A DNA stretch of 64,000 nucleotides from the human T2T-CHM13v2.0 reference genome, Homo sapiens. A program made the translations under genes and the position numbers. Shown piece by piece: positions 38,940-53,742 of the stretch (position 1 is its first letter; each line of letters opens with the position of its first letter). Under the pieces are notes generated by a model. It was not told the origin of the DNA. It worked only from the letters and a program-made list of their open reading frames with translations, and did no database searches. The DNA is taken from NCBI RefSeq assembly GCF_009914755.1, contig NC_060947.1; one strand, given 5' to 3'.

Positions 38940-39455
38940 AATATATCTTTTCTATGTTTAAAAAATATATATTTTATATAGATATAGTCTATATATTTTA
39001 TATAGATATAGTATATCTATATATTTATATAGATATACTATATATTTATTTTATAGTATATATTTATATTTATATATCTATATATTTATATAGATATACT
39101 ATATATATTTTATATAGATATACTATATCTATATATTTATATAGATATAGTATATCTATCTATTTTATATAGATCTATCTATTTTATATAGATAGATCTA
39201 TTTTATATAGATCTATCTATTTTATATAGATAGATCTATTTTATATAGATAGATCTATCTATTTTATATAGATAGATCTATTTTATATAGATAGATCTAT
39301 CTATTTTATATAGATAGATCTATATATTTTATATATATATTTTATATAGATCTATATATTTTATATATATCTATATTTTATATAGATATATATATAAAAT
39401 ATATATATAAAACATGTATATAAAAATATATATCTATATAAAAAATATATATATT
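38940..39455. repeat. AT-rich compound mini/microsatellite
   Basis: Units such as tattttatatagatagatc (with or without tatc) and (TA)n; only a few percent GC. Confidence 0.95.
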
Positions 39456-39851
39456 ATTTCTCTGGAAGTCATGCCAGAGATGCAACATATCTCTTTTAGT
39501 TTGAGGAGTATGTTTTCATGAAGAATCAGGTGGCAAGCATAATTCTCCATTTTCACTGATGAGAAAGACATTTCTAAACAGTTATGGTGGATAATTTAGC
39601 AGTGAAATTTCCCTAGTTAACCATCCACCTGTCTGCCATCAACTTGTCACGTTTCATGAGCAGAGATTTGGTATTTTTTGTAAATGCAATTCTTATTCTG
39701 GCTATGACAAAATAATAAGGTAGATCAATGATCAACCTAGCATTTTTGGTTATCAAGACATTTAAATAGTATTTGTAGTATAACCCAATTGATTGTATGG
39801 CCACTAGTAAAAAATGGATGAAAAAAATCACTTTGAAAATTTGTGCTCTAA

Positions 39852-40008
<157 letters not shown>

Positions 40009-40494
40009 CTAAATTTTACAGTTTTGAATTACACTTCCACAAACCTGAATTTTAGAAATATATAAGTGCTATATTTCCCTTTTTTATATGAACATTTTAG
40101 TCTAGAATAGTGTAATGGGTAGTGAAAATTTTAACAAAAACTTACCAGGCAAAAAGTTCACCTTTCTTTAAATAGGAAAGCATCTGAAGTTCATATTTGT
40201 TGAGACTGTGAGTCTATCCTAACCCAACTGAGTTGGCATTCTGATGATGGAACCTGTACCCCTTTTAATATTAGCTGTAGCCTTAGGTTTGTATGGTTTA
40301 TTCAAGGCATTAACTATAAGCCTTAGAAAAATATAGGCAGTGTTTCCATTATCAAATGTTTTAATATCAGATTATGACGTTTCATGGAATACCCATGGAG
40401 CTCAATTGGATATTAGCACAAAACAACTTTATTCTTTTCTCCAAATGCTCAGTGATTTATGCTCTGGAAGAAAATCTCAGAGTTCTCAACATGT

Positions 40495-40582
40495 TTCCAG
40501 TTACTCTCATATGGATAAAAGCCATCCACTCATATTAATTCCAGTTACTCTCATATTGATAAAAGCCATCCGCTCATATTAA
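40495..40582. repeat. 44-bp tandem duplication (2 copies, 2 mismatches)
   Basis: ttccagttactctcatat(g/t)gataaaagccatcc(a/g)ctcatattaa twice. Confidence 0.95.
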
Positions 40583-41059
40583 TTGTCTCATTTTAGTAAT
40601 TGACATTTCCACTCCAAACTGTACTATTTCCCCTCTCAGATCTGGCCTACTTCAGGTCTAAAAGCTGGGGAATGGGCTGGGCTAGAAGGGAAGAGTGTAT
40701 GGCTTGGGAGGCTTCAGGCTTCTTCTTTCTTCATCAGCTCCACATCCCCACTCAGTCAGCTGGCCTTAGTTTTGGAACCGTCTGGCATAAGGAGTGGAGC
40801 TAGGGGGTAGGAAAGATCTCAAATAAGTCTTAAGGTTGTAATCTCCTGTTTATATTCTCCAGGCTGGGCTTTAGGTGAGCTGAGGAACATTTCTCTCCCT
40901 TTGCCCAGTTGTGGGAGGAAACAGGGAAAATACCACAATACCCTCCAAAGAAAATGTCCCTCTGGCTTCCTTAATTCCAACTTTTATTTACACCATCTTG
41001 ATATGCTGAAATGTTCTCACCTCCCAACTTGGAGTTTCCATTTTGTACTTTTAATATCA

Positions 41060-41490
41060 GAATGGGAATAAGCAAATTATAGTGTATTCATACAATGGAC
41101 TATTTTCATGAAACAAAGCAAAAACAACCCATATAAAACAAAACAAAGCAAAAAAGAAAAACCCACACAACTGATACACACAAAATATGGACGAATTTTT
41201 AAAATATTAGTTTGAACAACAGAAGCCAAGCTAAGAGTGCACAAATAATATCAGTCCATTTGTATGAAGTTCTAAGTCAGGTGAAATTAAGACCTGATGA
41301 TAGAAATCAGAACAGTGGTTGTCTCTGGCTGGGGGAGAAGATTGACTGGGAAGATTCATCCCTGAGATGATGAGATTGTTCCATATCTAGATTTGGATGG
41401 TTGTTACCTGGATGTATACATTTATCAAAACACATTAAATCTGGTATGTGTTTACACTGAGTGAAATTATACCTCAATAAATAATTTAAA
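41060..41490 (+). mobile_element. L1ME-like 3' end
   Basis: attcatacaatggacta...gatagaaatcagaacagtggttgtctctgg...aaattatacctcaataaa. Confidence 0.7.
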
Positions 41491-44400
41491 AGAACTTAGA
41501 TTTTATTGGATAGCTCTTGCAGAATATCAGCATGGAGAACATTAAAGACAATCACACCAAGGACACCGTAAAATTCTCCTCTCTCAAAGTTGTCTTATGT
41601 ACTTGGCTTAGCATTTTAGCCGATCAAGATGGTTTAGAAATTCTATTCTCTCTTGTTTTTTTGATGTCTATTAACATTATTTTGTCTTCTCTTTAATCTA
41701 CATCTTCAATATAAATGCTGAAAATCTTCCCCCCAACTCCTTACAGGTTGAGATCAGGTCATTCCATCAACATGCCTATACTGGTGCTCCTTAATAAGTC
41801 ATGCTCATAAGCATATTAGCTCAGAATGAATTTGCCTCAAGTCACCTACGTGAATGCCACAAAACACTTTATCAAATACAGTATTGACTTCAAGATGCAC
41901 TCCATTTTCATGATTCCTCTAACTTAAAAAATTACCAATATTTTCTAGATGTATTTTCTTTAATAAACTAAAAAATGTAAAATTGAGACATCTTTTCAAA
42001 ACCATTCTGATATTTTTAATGCCATATACCTCTTTTATGTTTTTTATCTTTTTCATCATATTTTAGTTTTATGTTTATAAGTATATGCTATAGAGAACAC
42101 TTGAAAGACTATAGCCCCTTGCCCTTTTCAGATAATATTAGATAAAATGGAAAGTGCCTCAAAGCTTCCAGTAATATGGCAGGCAGAGCTGATAAGGAAA
42201 GGCTTAGGCAGAGATACTGGACAAAATGTAGTAATCATCTTCAACACAGCTGAGCTTGAAAGAAAATAAAGAAAATCCCCTGATAGCACAAGTGAAGAGG
42301 AAACTGAACACCAGAGTACTAGGCAGGAGCTGATGTGATGGAAGCCCATGAGAGTATCAGGTCCTGGGGGTTGGAGACTGGGTTTTGATGCCCAGGCAGG
42401 AATAGGATATTTGTGCTTTAGCCTGCACATTTAAAGAATCTAGAATCGCATCCCATAAATAAAGCTACAAAGCCTCAAAAGGCTGCCCCAATAATGCAAA
42501 GTGGATAACTTCCTCTCCTAGTGTAAAATACAAAGAATATTGCTATCTGCCCTGGTATGTGGTATGAATAAAAGAGTTGTCTGTGAGAATGAAAACATCA
42601 TGTAGAATGAGTTCTGAATTGATATAACCTGTATGGCCCAGAAACCTCAAGCTGAAAAGTTAAAACAAAAAGTGTAAGTGAGATGAATGAAAACCAAGTT
42701 CCAGTGGGAGAAAAAAAAATCTGTTCCAAAATCCAGAGTAACAAAGAACTCTCCCCTACTTCATGGCACCTCAAAAAGATAAAGTCACAACAAAAAAATT
42801 ATACATAATTGTTGTTGTAGCAATATTGGTGAGCTTCCTAATAGGAACACTCTCCTGTTATAAAATTCCTAGAAACGCTGGACAAACTATAACAAGCTTT
42901 ACTTTAAATGTGTAGTTGGCAAAAAAGAATGCAGGCAAAAAACAAAGAGGTCGTAGTAAACATGAAATAAATTTATGACCTGAAGTTACAACTTCCCTGT
43001 AGTGCATGCAATGGAGGTTATCAGTCTTAATGTCATCAAAGATTAGGTTTTAATATACGGAAACAGGAAATGTTTCCATTCACTTTGATTTCAAATGAGG
43101 AGAAAAGTTTGAACCGTGTCTTCTGGATAAACCTAGGAATTTGAAAGATCATATCCTTAATTTACTGAATTGTTTGTTGGCATGAAGCACGTGTCTCAAT
43201 TCATATGCTCTGTTCGATATTGGAGTAGCTAGACGCCTAATAACAGCATTCCTCCAAATCCTCTGTGCATAGTATTCTGTCTTAGATTTGGCCAACGATA
43301 TAGAATTATGAAAGATCTGAGGGTGGAAGAGAAGCTGAAGTTATCGTTCTTCCCCTGGTGGTCAAGCACAGATGTGTAAGCTGCAGATAACTAAGTTTTG
43401 CTGTTGCTTCTTGGTGTAATACTATGAACCACCCTCCAAGATTGTGCAGAAGTTGTGATCCTCTGAGGTGTTTTCTGAAGTAATTGACTTGGATGGTGCA
43501 CTAAATTCTTATTCTCCTGAAACCAAGTGGTGAAACAGAGCTGTGTCAATTGTCTTTAAACTTCATATTTCCAAAACCTATGATGATTTACATGAATACT
43601 TCTTTACATTATTCCTAAAAGAAATACTTAGACTGAATCCTGACTGATAGACTTAGTTAAAGGGTGGCTAGGAAAAAATATTCTTAAATGGAGTGGGTAG
43701 ACATCAAAGGAAGCTTGTCTGTCTTGGCTTAGACTTTCACTGGGGTAAAAATCTCCTGTGAAAATTTGTCATAATGGACCTGCACCTCAAGCAGATGGTC
43801 CAGGAGCCACAAAGTCAAAGATTTAACATTAAAGTGACCATAAACTAGTGAAACTCTTGGTGTACCTGGAAGAAGCACATAGAAATCCTCTTTGGAGGGA
43901 TGTATACTCAGTACTCGGCACACAGATTTTTACCCATACAATGCCATTGAACTTGAACCCATAATCCAAAATTAGGAAACTCACAGGATAGCAATCCCCC
44001 ATAACTGAGAATCACCGGTCATAAAAGCAGCAGAACTATACCCTCAAGAACTTTAGATAATAGAACCATTTGATTAAGATGGTAAAATAAGTATGTTTGA
44101 AATAATTAAAGACATAGAGAGATAAATGAAAGATAACTGCAAAGAATGGGCAAATTTGAAAAATAAACAAATGGATTTCTGAAAGGAACAATATAGCCAA
44201 GACAATTAAAAACCCAGTTCCTAGTTTTACAGCAGAGAGAACTAGCATGCACTAGAAAATAGCTTCAGAATGAAACAGAGAGGGTTAGAGATAGAGAAAC
44301 AGGAAGATAATTAAGAGAAAATTAAGAGAATGAGAAGAACCAACACATATTAAGAGAATTAATTAATTATCATTAAGAGAATGAGAGGAACCAACACACA

Positions 44401-44492
44401 TCTAATTGGAGTTCTAGAAAGAGGAAATGTGAGAGAATCAATTATTTGGCAAAAATAGTTGAGATGTTTTTCTATAACTGGTGAAGGAACTA

Positions 44493-44921
<429 letters not shown>

Positions 44922-47169
44922 TTAGAAAGTTTATGATTTAAGTATCAGACAAGTTACTTAAGCTTTATCCATAACCTGAGATGTCATTTTTTTAAACTTT
45001 ATCATCTTTGGGTATTTTTGATGAGTCACTATAACATCACCATTGGTAAGCTGCCCATCCCCTTTGGCACTTACCATTCCCGTGGACTCAGATGTTTCCA
45101 AGTCCCTGTGACAATTTATCTATAAATACCCCTTATGCTATATACTCTTTTATGTATATAGCACATACCTATACATACACTATATATATAGTATATACTA
45201 TGGTATATACATACGTACATAGTATACATATAGTATATATGTATATGTTTAACCTTCAGACTTGTGTAAGAAGAAAAGTTTCAATCTCTTACAGAATCAA
45301 AGCAAATGAACAGGTAGTTTTTCAATGTCAATGGGACTTTCAGACTCGATTCTAAATAAATTAAGTGACACTTGATACAGTGAACTGTTTCTAAGAGTGT
45401 CCTTTATAGAAATACAAACAATCCTACTTCAAGGGAAATAGATGTTCATTTCAAAATTGTGCTTTAAATATTTATGAAACCGATATGTTCTGTTTTATCA
45501 GGTTGTGATACAAAATAATTTGTCATGACTTCTTTATTTGTACTAACTTACTCCCAGCTGTGATGCCTCCTATTTACAAGAATGTCTTCCTTCCATCCCT
45601 ACAGTCCTCACTTGACTATGATTCTAAGAACTTTAGTTTTGCTCATTTGGTCCAAGGGTCTAAGTTCTGACTTTTATTACCTTGAGCAAAACCCTGGAAA
45701 TACTGTGCTTTTATTGTTGTCTTGGCCCAAGACTCTTCTATTGCTGCTGTTTTTGTCTCATGGTATTGCTGATAGGCAAACAGTCTGATGCAGTTCTCCT
45801 GTGTTGTGAAGACGAGACCAAGCTCACACTACAGGACTGGAAGCTTCTTTAGGTACAATGAGGAAGAAGGAAGTCTCCACTCTTCACCCCCACACAGATA
45901 TGTCTAGATCTGAAGGTATTTCAATATCTGCCATGCACTGGAAATGGAATCAGCCTTCCTTACAACCTTGAAGAAGGGCATAGCTTATCCATGTTCAAGA
46001 AGTGTTACTCCTGACTTTCATGCTGCTTCCTGCTTCCTGGTTGAGCTGAATTCTATAACTGTGCTATCCCCACCAGCGAAGTGAGAAAGGAGGGAGAGAG
46101 AGGAAGTGCTGGGGTGGAGTTCACTGTGCCTTCCTTACATGAGGCTGGAAGAAACTAACTGATAACCCCACAAACCCACTGTCTTCTGCCTTTTTGAGCC
46201 TCAATGACTTGTCCCTAACCTTGACCCTAACCTACTCCAAACTTCTGTGGTCATAAGCATTGGTCATTCCTGATTGAGATGACTGGATATTTTAATATAC
46301 AATGTCTTGCCAGTAGAAAATCACAGCTTAAAAAATGTTTTCTAAAATCTTTTTTTCTCATATCCGCAATCACTTTATTATGTTTGGAAGTAAACAAGTT
46401 TTAGAACAGCCATCTCTAAAATCAACTCTGGGGCTTTCTTTAAGTATATAGTTCTATTATTGCTAAACAGAATTTCAATGGGCAATTATAACAACTGATT
46501 ACTTATTCAAATAGCCATGTTTCCTGGGCAAAATCACACAAATAAGTTGAGTGCTGATGCACCAGATTATAGGGCTTGGTGAACAATGCTGTGCACCTCT
46601 TTTCTTTCCAACTGCCTGGTACAGTTCTTGACACTGGAAAGGAACAAGACAGATATGCAGATCACAGTCTAAAATGGTGAGACAGGCAATAAATAAATAA
46701 TTTCACACATGGTGAGAATGAAGAAAACAAAAGGGGGTTATGGGATAGGGTGACTAAGGGTAGGAATTTCTTTGGCTAGGAAAATCAGAAAAAGCCCAGA
46801 AAGCAGCCATGAAAGATCTTGAGGAAGAGAATGTATGCTTTACCAGGGAAAACATTTTTGTGTGTATAGTTCATATAAACTAGAATAGTGTCTGAAACAT
46901 GTAAGAAATATTTGTAGACTGAATTAATAAGGGTTGTTTCAGGCAGAGGGAATAGCAAATACAAAAGCTCTGAGATAGAAATTTTAGTGCAGACGGAAAA
47001 GAGTGAAGGGAGAGTCAAAGGAGATGACTTTGGAGAGGCATATAGGGGATATCAAATTTTGTAGCAGCTATTGGTTATTGTAAAAAGTTTGAGATTTATT
47101 CTATTTATAATGAAAGCCCATTGAAGGTTGTTGAGCAGTGGAGTGATTTAATCAGGATTTTTAGTTTAT

Positions 47170-47734
47170 GTACCCAGTTGCCAGGGGATTCTCCATAGAA
47201 ACAGAACCCAGAGGAGACTTATATATAGTAAAAAATTGGCTATTATGACTTCTCAGCTATTATGGAGGCTGAGAAGTGCCAAGAACTGTAGTCAGCAGAC
47301 TGGTGACCCAGGAGAGCTGATAGTGTAATTCCAGTCTGAGTCTGAAGGCCTAAGAACTGGGAGAGCTGATAGTATAAATTCCAGTCCAGAAGTTGGCAGG
47401 CTCAGGACCCAGGAAGAACCAATGTTTTGGTGGGAGTCTGAAGGCAGGAAAAAACAACAACAACAAAAAAAAACAAAGTCCTAACTCAAGCACTCAGGCA
47501 GGAGGAGTTCCCTTGTATTTAAGAAAGGGTCAGCCTTTTTGTTCTATTCAGGTTTTCAACTGACTGGATGAGGGTGACCCATGTTAGGGAAGGCAATCTG
47601 CTTTACTCAGTCTACCAATTCAAATGTTAATCTCATCCCAAAACATCTTCACCCACAAACACAGAATAACATTAGATCAGATATCTAGGCACCCCATGGC
47701 CCAGTCAAGTTGACATATGAAATTAACCACCACA
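47170..47734 (-). mobile_element. MLT2 (ERVL) solo LTR
   Basis: agaaacagaacc, ggaggctgagaagt, gcaatctgctttactcagtctaccaattcaaatgttaatctcatcc, cccagtcaagttgaca...aattaaccaccaca. Confidence 0.85.
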
Positions 47735-48814
47735 GATGACTTGGCATGAGAAAGGTGGGTAACAAGCTTGGAGGGCTTACTACATGCCTGGGCTCAGCCC
47801 TGCCATACAAGAGTTAGGCATCTTGACCTAACTCCACTCTCCCTAGAATTAGTAGAATTGGAGGATGCCCAAGGCATGAGTGGCTCAAGACCAGAAGTAA
47901 GGCTCGGGGGTGTAGGTGGTTCTCAGCAGTGAATACAGGAAAAAGATGTGACAAATATGGGAACAGGAAAGGGCTGAAAAAAATGCATTATCAGGTGATC
48001 ATCTGCAAAAACAGCCAAAATAATGAATTGCATTAGGAAAGTGATCAATTAGAGGCATTGTGTTTGCATGTATTTCCTCGTTAGAGTTAAAGAATCAAAA
48101 TTTGCTTTCAAGTAGACTCACATTATGTCAGTTTTTGGCCTTGCTTTGATCTTTTTAGAACGAAATCATTTGGGCTCATTGTTCAAAATGAGTATATTTT
48201 AGGAAAAAATTAATACAACCTTAAAGAGTCTCTTTGTTACATAACCTCAATGTATAAAGGTTTTCTTTCACAAATGAACAAATATACTTATGCAAAGTAG
48301 CTCTGCTGTGAAATAAAAATTTGATCAAAATATGATTTAAAAATATATATTTTTGGAAAGTTTGGATTTTAACTATTTTCCAAATATTTGTGTGTATTTC
48401 TTTGTATTTTATTTTGCTTTTTCCTCCGAAGTCCAGGATTTGCCCAGGCAAATTCTATTATTTTTGAATTGTTAGATGTGTAGGAAATGCTACATTTACA
48501 AGTTGGGAAAATCTGGCTGGAAATCACAAAGTTGTGAAGATACTTAAAGCAGAAAACACGATCACTTTAACAAAAGTACTCAAATAAACAGAGATGATAC
48601 AGCTATTTTATTCTCATTTACTTCATACTTTTCTTCAGTTTTGATATGCTCATATAATAACCATTCTGTTCACTGTAGAATTAAAATCTGTTCCACTTAA
48701 TGAACATTTATTGTGTTCCTGTACCTGATAACACAGCCTAAACTTACTGATATACAAGCATGGAGTGGTCTCAGTTGGCTCATAGCACCTATCATTGGCT
48801 CAGTAGCAGGCATT

Positions 48815-49790
48815 GGTATGAGTGGGGATGGGAGATATGGTAGGTTGCAGAATGGCTCCAATTCTTCTCCCTTCTCTGGATGCATGCCTTTTGCCATGCC
48901 AATCTGTAGTGCCTCCTTTCCGACTTTGGGCCAGACCAGTAAAATGAAGTGAAAGTGGCAGTGTGCTCATTCTGAGCCTAAGCCTTAAGGAGTCTCGAGT
49001 ATTTATGCTTCTTTTCTGACAGCTCTGCTGTTGCACTGGAATATGCTTGGGCTTATCTGCTGGAGGATGAGAGGCACACAGAGCAGAGCAGAGCTGAGCA
49101 GCTTCAGTTGCCAGGCCAACAGTCAATTAGCCTCCAGACATGTGAATATTCGCAGACAAGGCCAGCAAATGAAGCTGGTTGGCCAGCCCTTAACTGACCC
49201 ATACTTATGAGCAATAAACTTCTTGTTGCATGCTACCGAGGTTTGGTGGCTGCTGGTTACACAGCCTTATTATGGCCTGTGGCAGATGGAATAATGGTTA
49301 CCCAAAGATGTCAACATCCTAATTACTGGCAATTATATTTACCTTACATGACAAAGGAGATTTTGCAAATGTGATTATGTTAAAAATCTTGAGATGGGGA
49401 TATTATTCTGAATTATCTTGGTGGGATCAATTTAATCATGTGAGTCCTTAAAAGTAGAGAACCTTTCCCAGCTGGAGTGAGGGGAAAGGAGATGTGATAT
49501 GGAAGAATGGTCAGAGAGATGCTGGCTTTGGAGAGGAAGGATACCAATAACCAAGGAATATGGGTGACCTCTAGAATCTAGAAAAGGCAAGGGAATGGAT
49601 TCTTCCCTAGAACCTTCAGAAAGGAGTGCAGCCCTGGTGACATTTTGATTTTAGCCCAATGAGACTGTGTCAGACTTCTGACATCCAGAACTGTGAGATA
49701 ATAAATCTTCATTGTTTAAGCCACTGTTTATAATAATTTATTATAGGATCAGTAGAAAATTATGTATGACCATAGATAGCTGGCACAAGA
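48815..49790 (+). mobile_element. MLT1 LTR (48815-49277 plus terminal ~49772-49790) with a nested MLT1D-like LTR (49278-49766)
   Basis: MLT1D motifs (accttacatgacaaaggagattttgca; gacttctgacatccagaactgtgagataataaat); approximate 5-bp TSD tggcc/tgacc. Confidence 0.8.
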
Positions 49791-51052
49791 AAAAAATTAA
49801 CAGATTTTCTCTCTCTTCTGGTTTAAATATTCTTTTTTATATGACTTGATCCATGTTCTCTAATACTCACTGAATCCAAATTTTAACTCCTCGTTGAAGC
49901 TGTTGTTTTCCTTCTTATCCTTCTTTCCCAGTTTTGGTTGGATGGGGAAGCTTGTGGTCCTTTTAGTGTTAGGAGTGAGTGGTAGATGGCCGAGACTATT
50001 TCCATTGTTGGGTTGGTCTTGTCTGGATGGGGTTTGGCTGTTATCCTCTGAGGTATACTTGCTATGGTCCTGGCTCTGGCTGCCCTCTGGTATTCACTGC
50101 TGTAGTCCATGGCTTGTAGATCTTATAGTTTGTTTTCTCATTACAATTAGCCATCTCTCTTTGCTTCCTGGGTCCCACCTTAATTCTCTCTGGCTTTGTG
50201 TAACCTCCAAGGTTTGACTCACTCTTCTGACCAGCTATTTCCTGAATGACCTTTCTTGTATCCCTCAGATATTGGGCTACTTTTCCTTCCACAGAGACCC
50301 TCTGTGGCAAGCTACCCAGTAGATTCTCAAGCTTCATTCTCATCATCCTTTGGAACATGTGAAAACTTTTAGATCCACTCCACATATGGGCAGTTAGGTG
50401 TTACCCAAGAATATCACATCAGGACTTCTCTACCAAGTATGCTTCTCCCCACTTGCCTGCCATCTCAGAAGTTACCAATTAGGAGTGCACTTTGAAACCA
50501 CTCATATTTCAACTTCTTTCTCAGACCATGTAACAGACCTCTCCACTACAAGGATTCAATCCATAGCAGAGGGGTCAAGACACACATTCTCACTCTTTCA
50601 TTTCAGTTCCCCTACTTCCCTCTTCCTCACATTCCTCCAGGGCAGAAGGGGTGGACTTTCCCCTTCTTTCTGTCTGAGGGAGATTCCCACTGCATCCAGC
50701 CTCCTCCTAAAAAAGGTAGTATTTCCCTTGTCTCAATAACTGGATTCACAGTGGCAAGTGGGATGTATGGAGAAAAACAGTGTTACTATTAATGCAATTC
50801 AAAAATATATTTCCTGTTACATGCCTATTACATGCCAGGCACTAAGCTAGGTACATCAATATGAAGTATAATATTCTCCAAAAAGATACTTCTGCTTAGA
50901 AAAAGATGTGAAGAGTGTGTGTGTGTGTGCATGTGTATTTTCATGTTGCTGAAGTTTTGTCTGGTGTAACAAAAAGAAAATTACTTATGCAATGATTTTT
51001 GAGTAAAGAACAGGGGAGAGACTTTTAAAAATGGCATATAAGACTGGATGAT

Positions 51053-53742
51053 CAGAGGATTCTGGGAAGATAGCTGAGTAAAAAGGACCAGGAATCTGTT
51101 TTCCCACCAAGACGACAATTGTACTGGCAGAATATGTCCAATGTACCATTTTTTAACTTTGGAGGCTAATGAAAGCTTGCAACTTCCAGGGGAAGGCTTG
51201 GATTGCAAATTATGATTAATTTCAGTCAATTTCAGCCCTTAGCACAGCAGCAGATACCCCCACCCCCAGCTCCACGAGAAGCAACTGTGCTTGCGCTCCT
51301 AGAGCAGCTTACAGTTTTCAGGAGACAGAGTGGGCAAAAAGGATCCTGTCCTCCAAATATCTGTAACCTGTGATCTGACTGCTGATTGTTTCTTCTGATC
51401 ACAGAGGTGCAGACAAAGAGGTGCTGTCCATGGTTGTTGCACCTCTCTCCATTGCTGCAAGCCCCTCCCACTCTGGCTGAAATGACTTCCAAGTGATTTA
51501 AAGGGCCAGTACCCTTTCTCCCTTTATTTTTCTTTCTTCCCCTTTTGGGAGTCAGACATCAAAGACTAGGACATTCAAAAGCAATCACGTGTACAGGGAG
51601 AATTAGAAAGTCATTGTGCATGCACAGGGAAAGGCACAACTTCAAAAAAGACCTGAGAAGACCTTAAGTTTACATCTCAGGCTGATCCTTGGCACAGGGG
51701 CAGCCTATAACAATAAAAACAAAACAAGAGAACAGCAACAACAAATCAAACCCTGGGATAGAAGAATCTGATATGCAGAGTTATCATAATATTGGATTAA
51801 AATGTAGTTTTCAACAAAAAGTTACAAAGCAGACAAAGAAACAAGAAAGTATGGTTCGTCATTCAAAAGAAAAAACAACCCAAACCAACAGAAGCTGTCC
51901 CTGAAAAAGACCTAATGGCGGACCTACTAGACAAAGATTTTGAAAACAACTGTCTTAAAGATACTCAAAGAACTAAAGGAAAACGTGGAGAAAGTGAAGA
52001 AAAAAATGTATTAACAAAACGTAAATATCAATACAAAGACAGAAAACCTAAAAAGAAAGGAAAAAATTCTAGAGCTGAAAAATATAATAGCTGAAATTAA
52101 AAATTCACTAGTGGGATTCAAAGGCAGATTTGAGCAGGCAGAAGAAAGAATAAATGAACTTGAAGATAGAACAATAGAAATTATTGAGCCTCAGAAACAG
52201 AAAAAAGATTGAAGCAAAGTGAACAGAGTGTAAGTGACCTGTGGTACACTATCAAGTGGACCAACATGCATATTTTCAGTTTCAAAAGAAGAGAGAAAGA
52301 GGCAGAGAGAATATTTAAGTAATTATTGTCTGAAAACTCCTTAAATTTGATGAAAAATATTAACATAAACATCCAAGAAGCTCAACAAACTCCAAGTAGA
52401 ATGAATTCAGAGACCCACACCAAAACACATTATAATCAAACTGTCAAAAATCAAATACAAAGAGAGAATCTTGAAAACAGCAAGAGAGAAGTGACTCATC
52501 ATATACAAGTGATCCTCAATAAAATTATCAGCAGATTTCTCATCAGAAACTTTGGAGGCTAGAAAGCAACCAGATGATATATTCAAAGTGCGAAAAGAAA
52601 AACCTTCCAACTAAGAATTCCATATGCAGCCAAACTGTCCTTCAAGATTAAAAGATAAATTAAGATATTCCCAGATAAACAAAAGCTGAGGGAGTTTGTT
52701 ACCACTAGACTTTCCCTGGAAAAAATGCTAAGGGGTATCCTTCAGGTTGAAATGAAAGAACACCAGACAGCAACTTGAAGCTGTCTGAAGAAATAATGAT
52801 CTCAGTAAAGGTAAATACATGGGCAATTATGAAAGCTAGACTATTGTAAATGTGGTTTGTAACCCTGCTTATTATTTCCTACATGATTTAAGGGAGTAAT
52901 ACATTCAGAAGCAATAATTAATTTAAAAGATAGAATAATTATAACTTTGGTTTATAACTCCATATTTTGTTTTCTATATAATTTAAAAGGTCAATGTATT
53001 AAAAAGTATTAGTTTATGTTTTTGGACACACAACGTATAAAGATGTAATTTTGTGATGTCAATAACTGAAAGGAGTGGGGATTGAGATGTAAAGAAGCAG
53101 CATTTTTGTGTGTTATTGAAGTTAACCTGGTATAAATTCAAATTATAGTGTATAACTTAAGGATTTTAAACGTAATCTTCATGAAAACTACAAAGAAAAT
53201 AGAAAATATACAAAAGGAAATGAGAAAGCTATTGAAATATTTAAACTCAAAAATTAACTAAACATGAAAGCTAGTAACGCAGGAAGTGGGAAATAAAAAA
53301 GCTATAAGGCACATAGAAATCAAATAGCAAAATGGCAGAAGTAAGTTCCTCCTTATCCATCAGCCTTATCAAGGAAGGAAATTCTGACATATACTACAAC
53401 ATGGGTGAACTTTGAGGACACTATGCTAGATTAAATAAGCAAGTTCCAAAAAGACAAATACTGTATGATTCCATTAATATGGGGTCCTTAGAGCAGTCAA
53501 AATCATAGAGACAGAAGGTAGAATGGTGGTTGCCAGAGGCTGGTGGGAAGGGGGTAGTGGGAAGTTATTGTTTAATGGGTATAGAGTTTCAGTTTTGCAA
53601 GATAAAAAAGTTATGCAGATGGATTGCTGGTGATGGTTGTATAACAATATGAATATACATAATACCAATGAACTGTACACTTGAAAATGGTTAAGATGAT
53701 ACATTTTGTTATGCATATTTTACCACAATAAGGAAGTGAAAA
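51053..53742 (+). mobile_element. L1MB-like element: 5'UTR, ORF1, inter-ORF region and 3'UTR, with ORF2 essentially absent
   Basis: ORF1 relic (52326-52562, NLMKNININIQEAQQTPSRMN). ORF2 start atggcagaagtaagt at ~53332 is fused at ~53358 to L1MB 3' sequence. Candidate TSD aagactggatgat/aaaactgggtgat. Confidence 0.8.

Noticed and set aside
38756-39172. 138-aa ORF rich in Y and I
   Set aside because: Translation of the AT-rich satellite
40495-40582. Direct repeats as a possible CRISPR-like array
   Set aside because: Only two adjacent copies with no spacer, in a mammalian context
46213-46233. Two CCCTAA telomere-like hexamers
   Set aside because: Too short and interrupted to call an interstitial telomeric repeat
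49883-50739. Cluster of 75-113-aa ORFs in non-repeat sequence
   Set aside because: No recognisable protein motifs, overlapping frames on both strands, and lengths expected by chance
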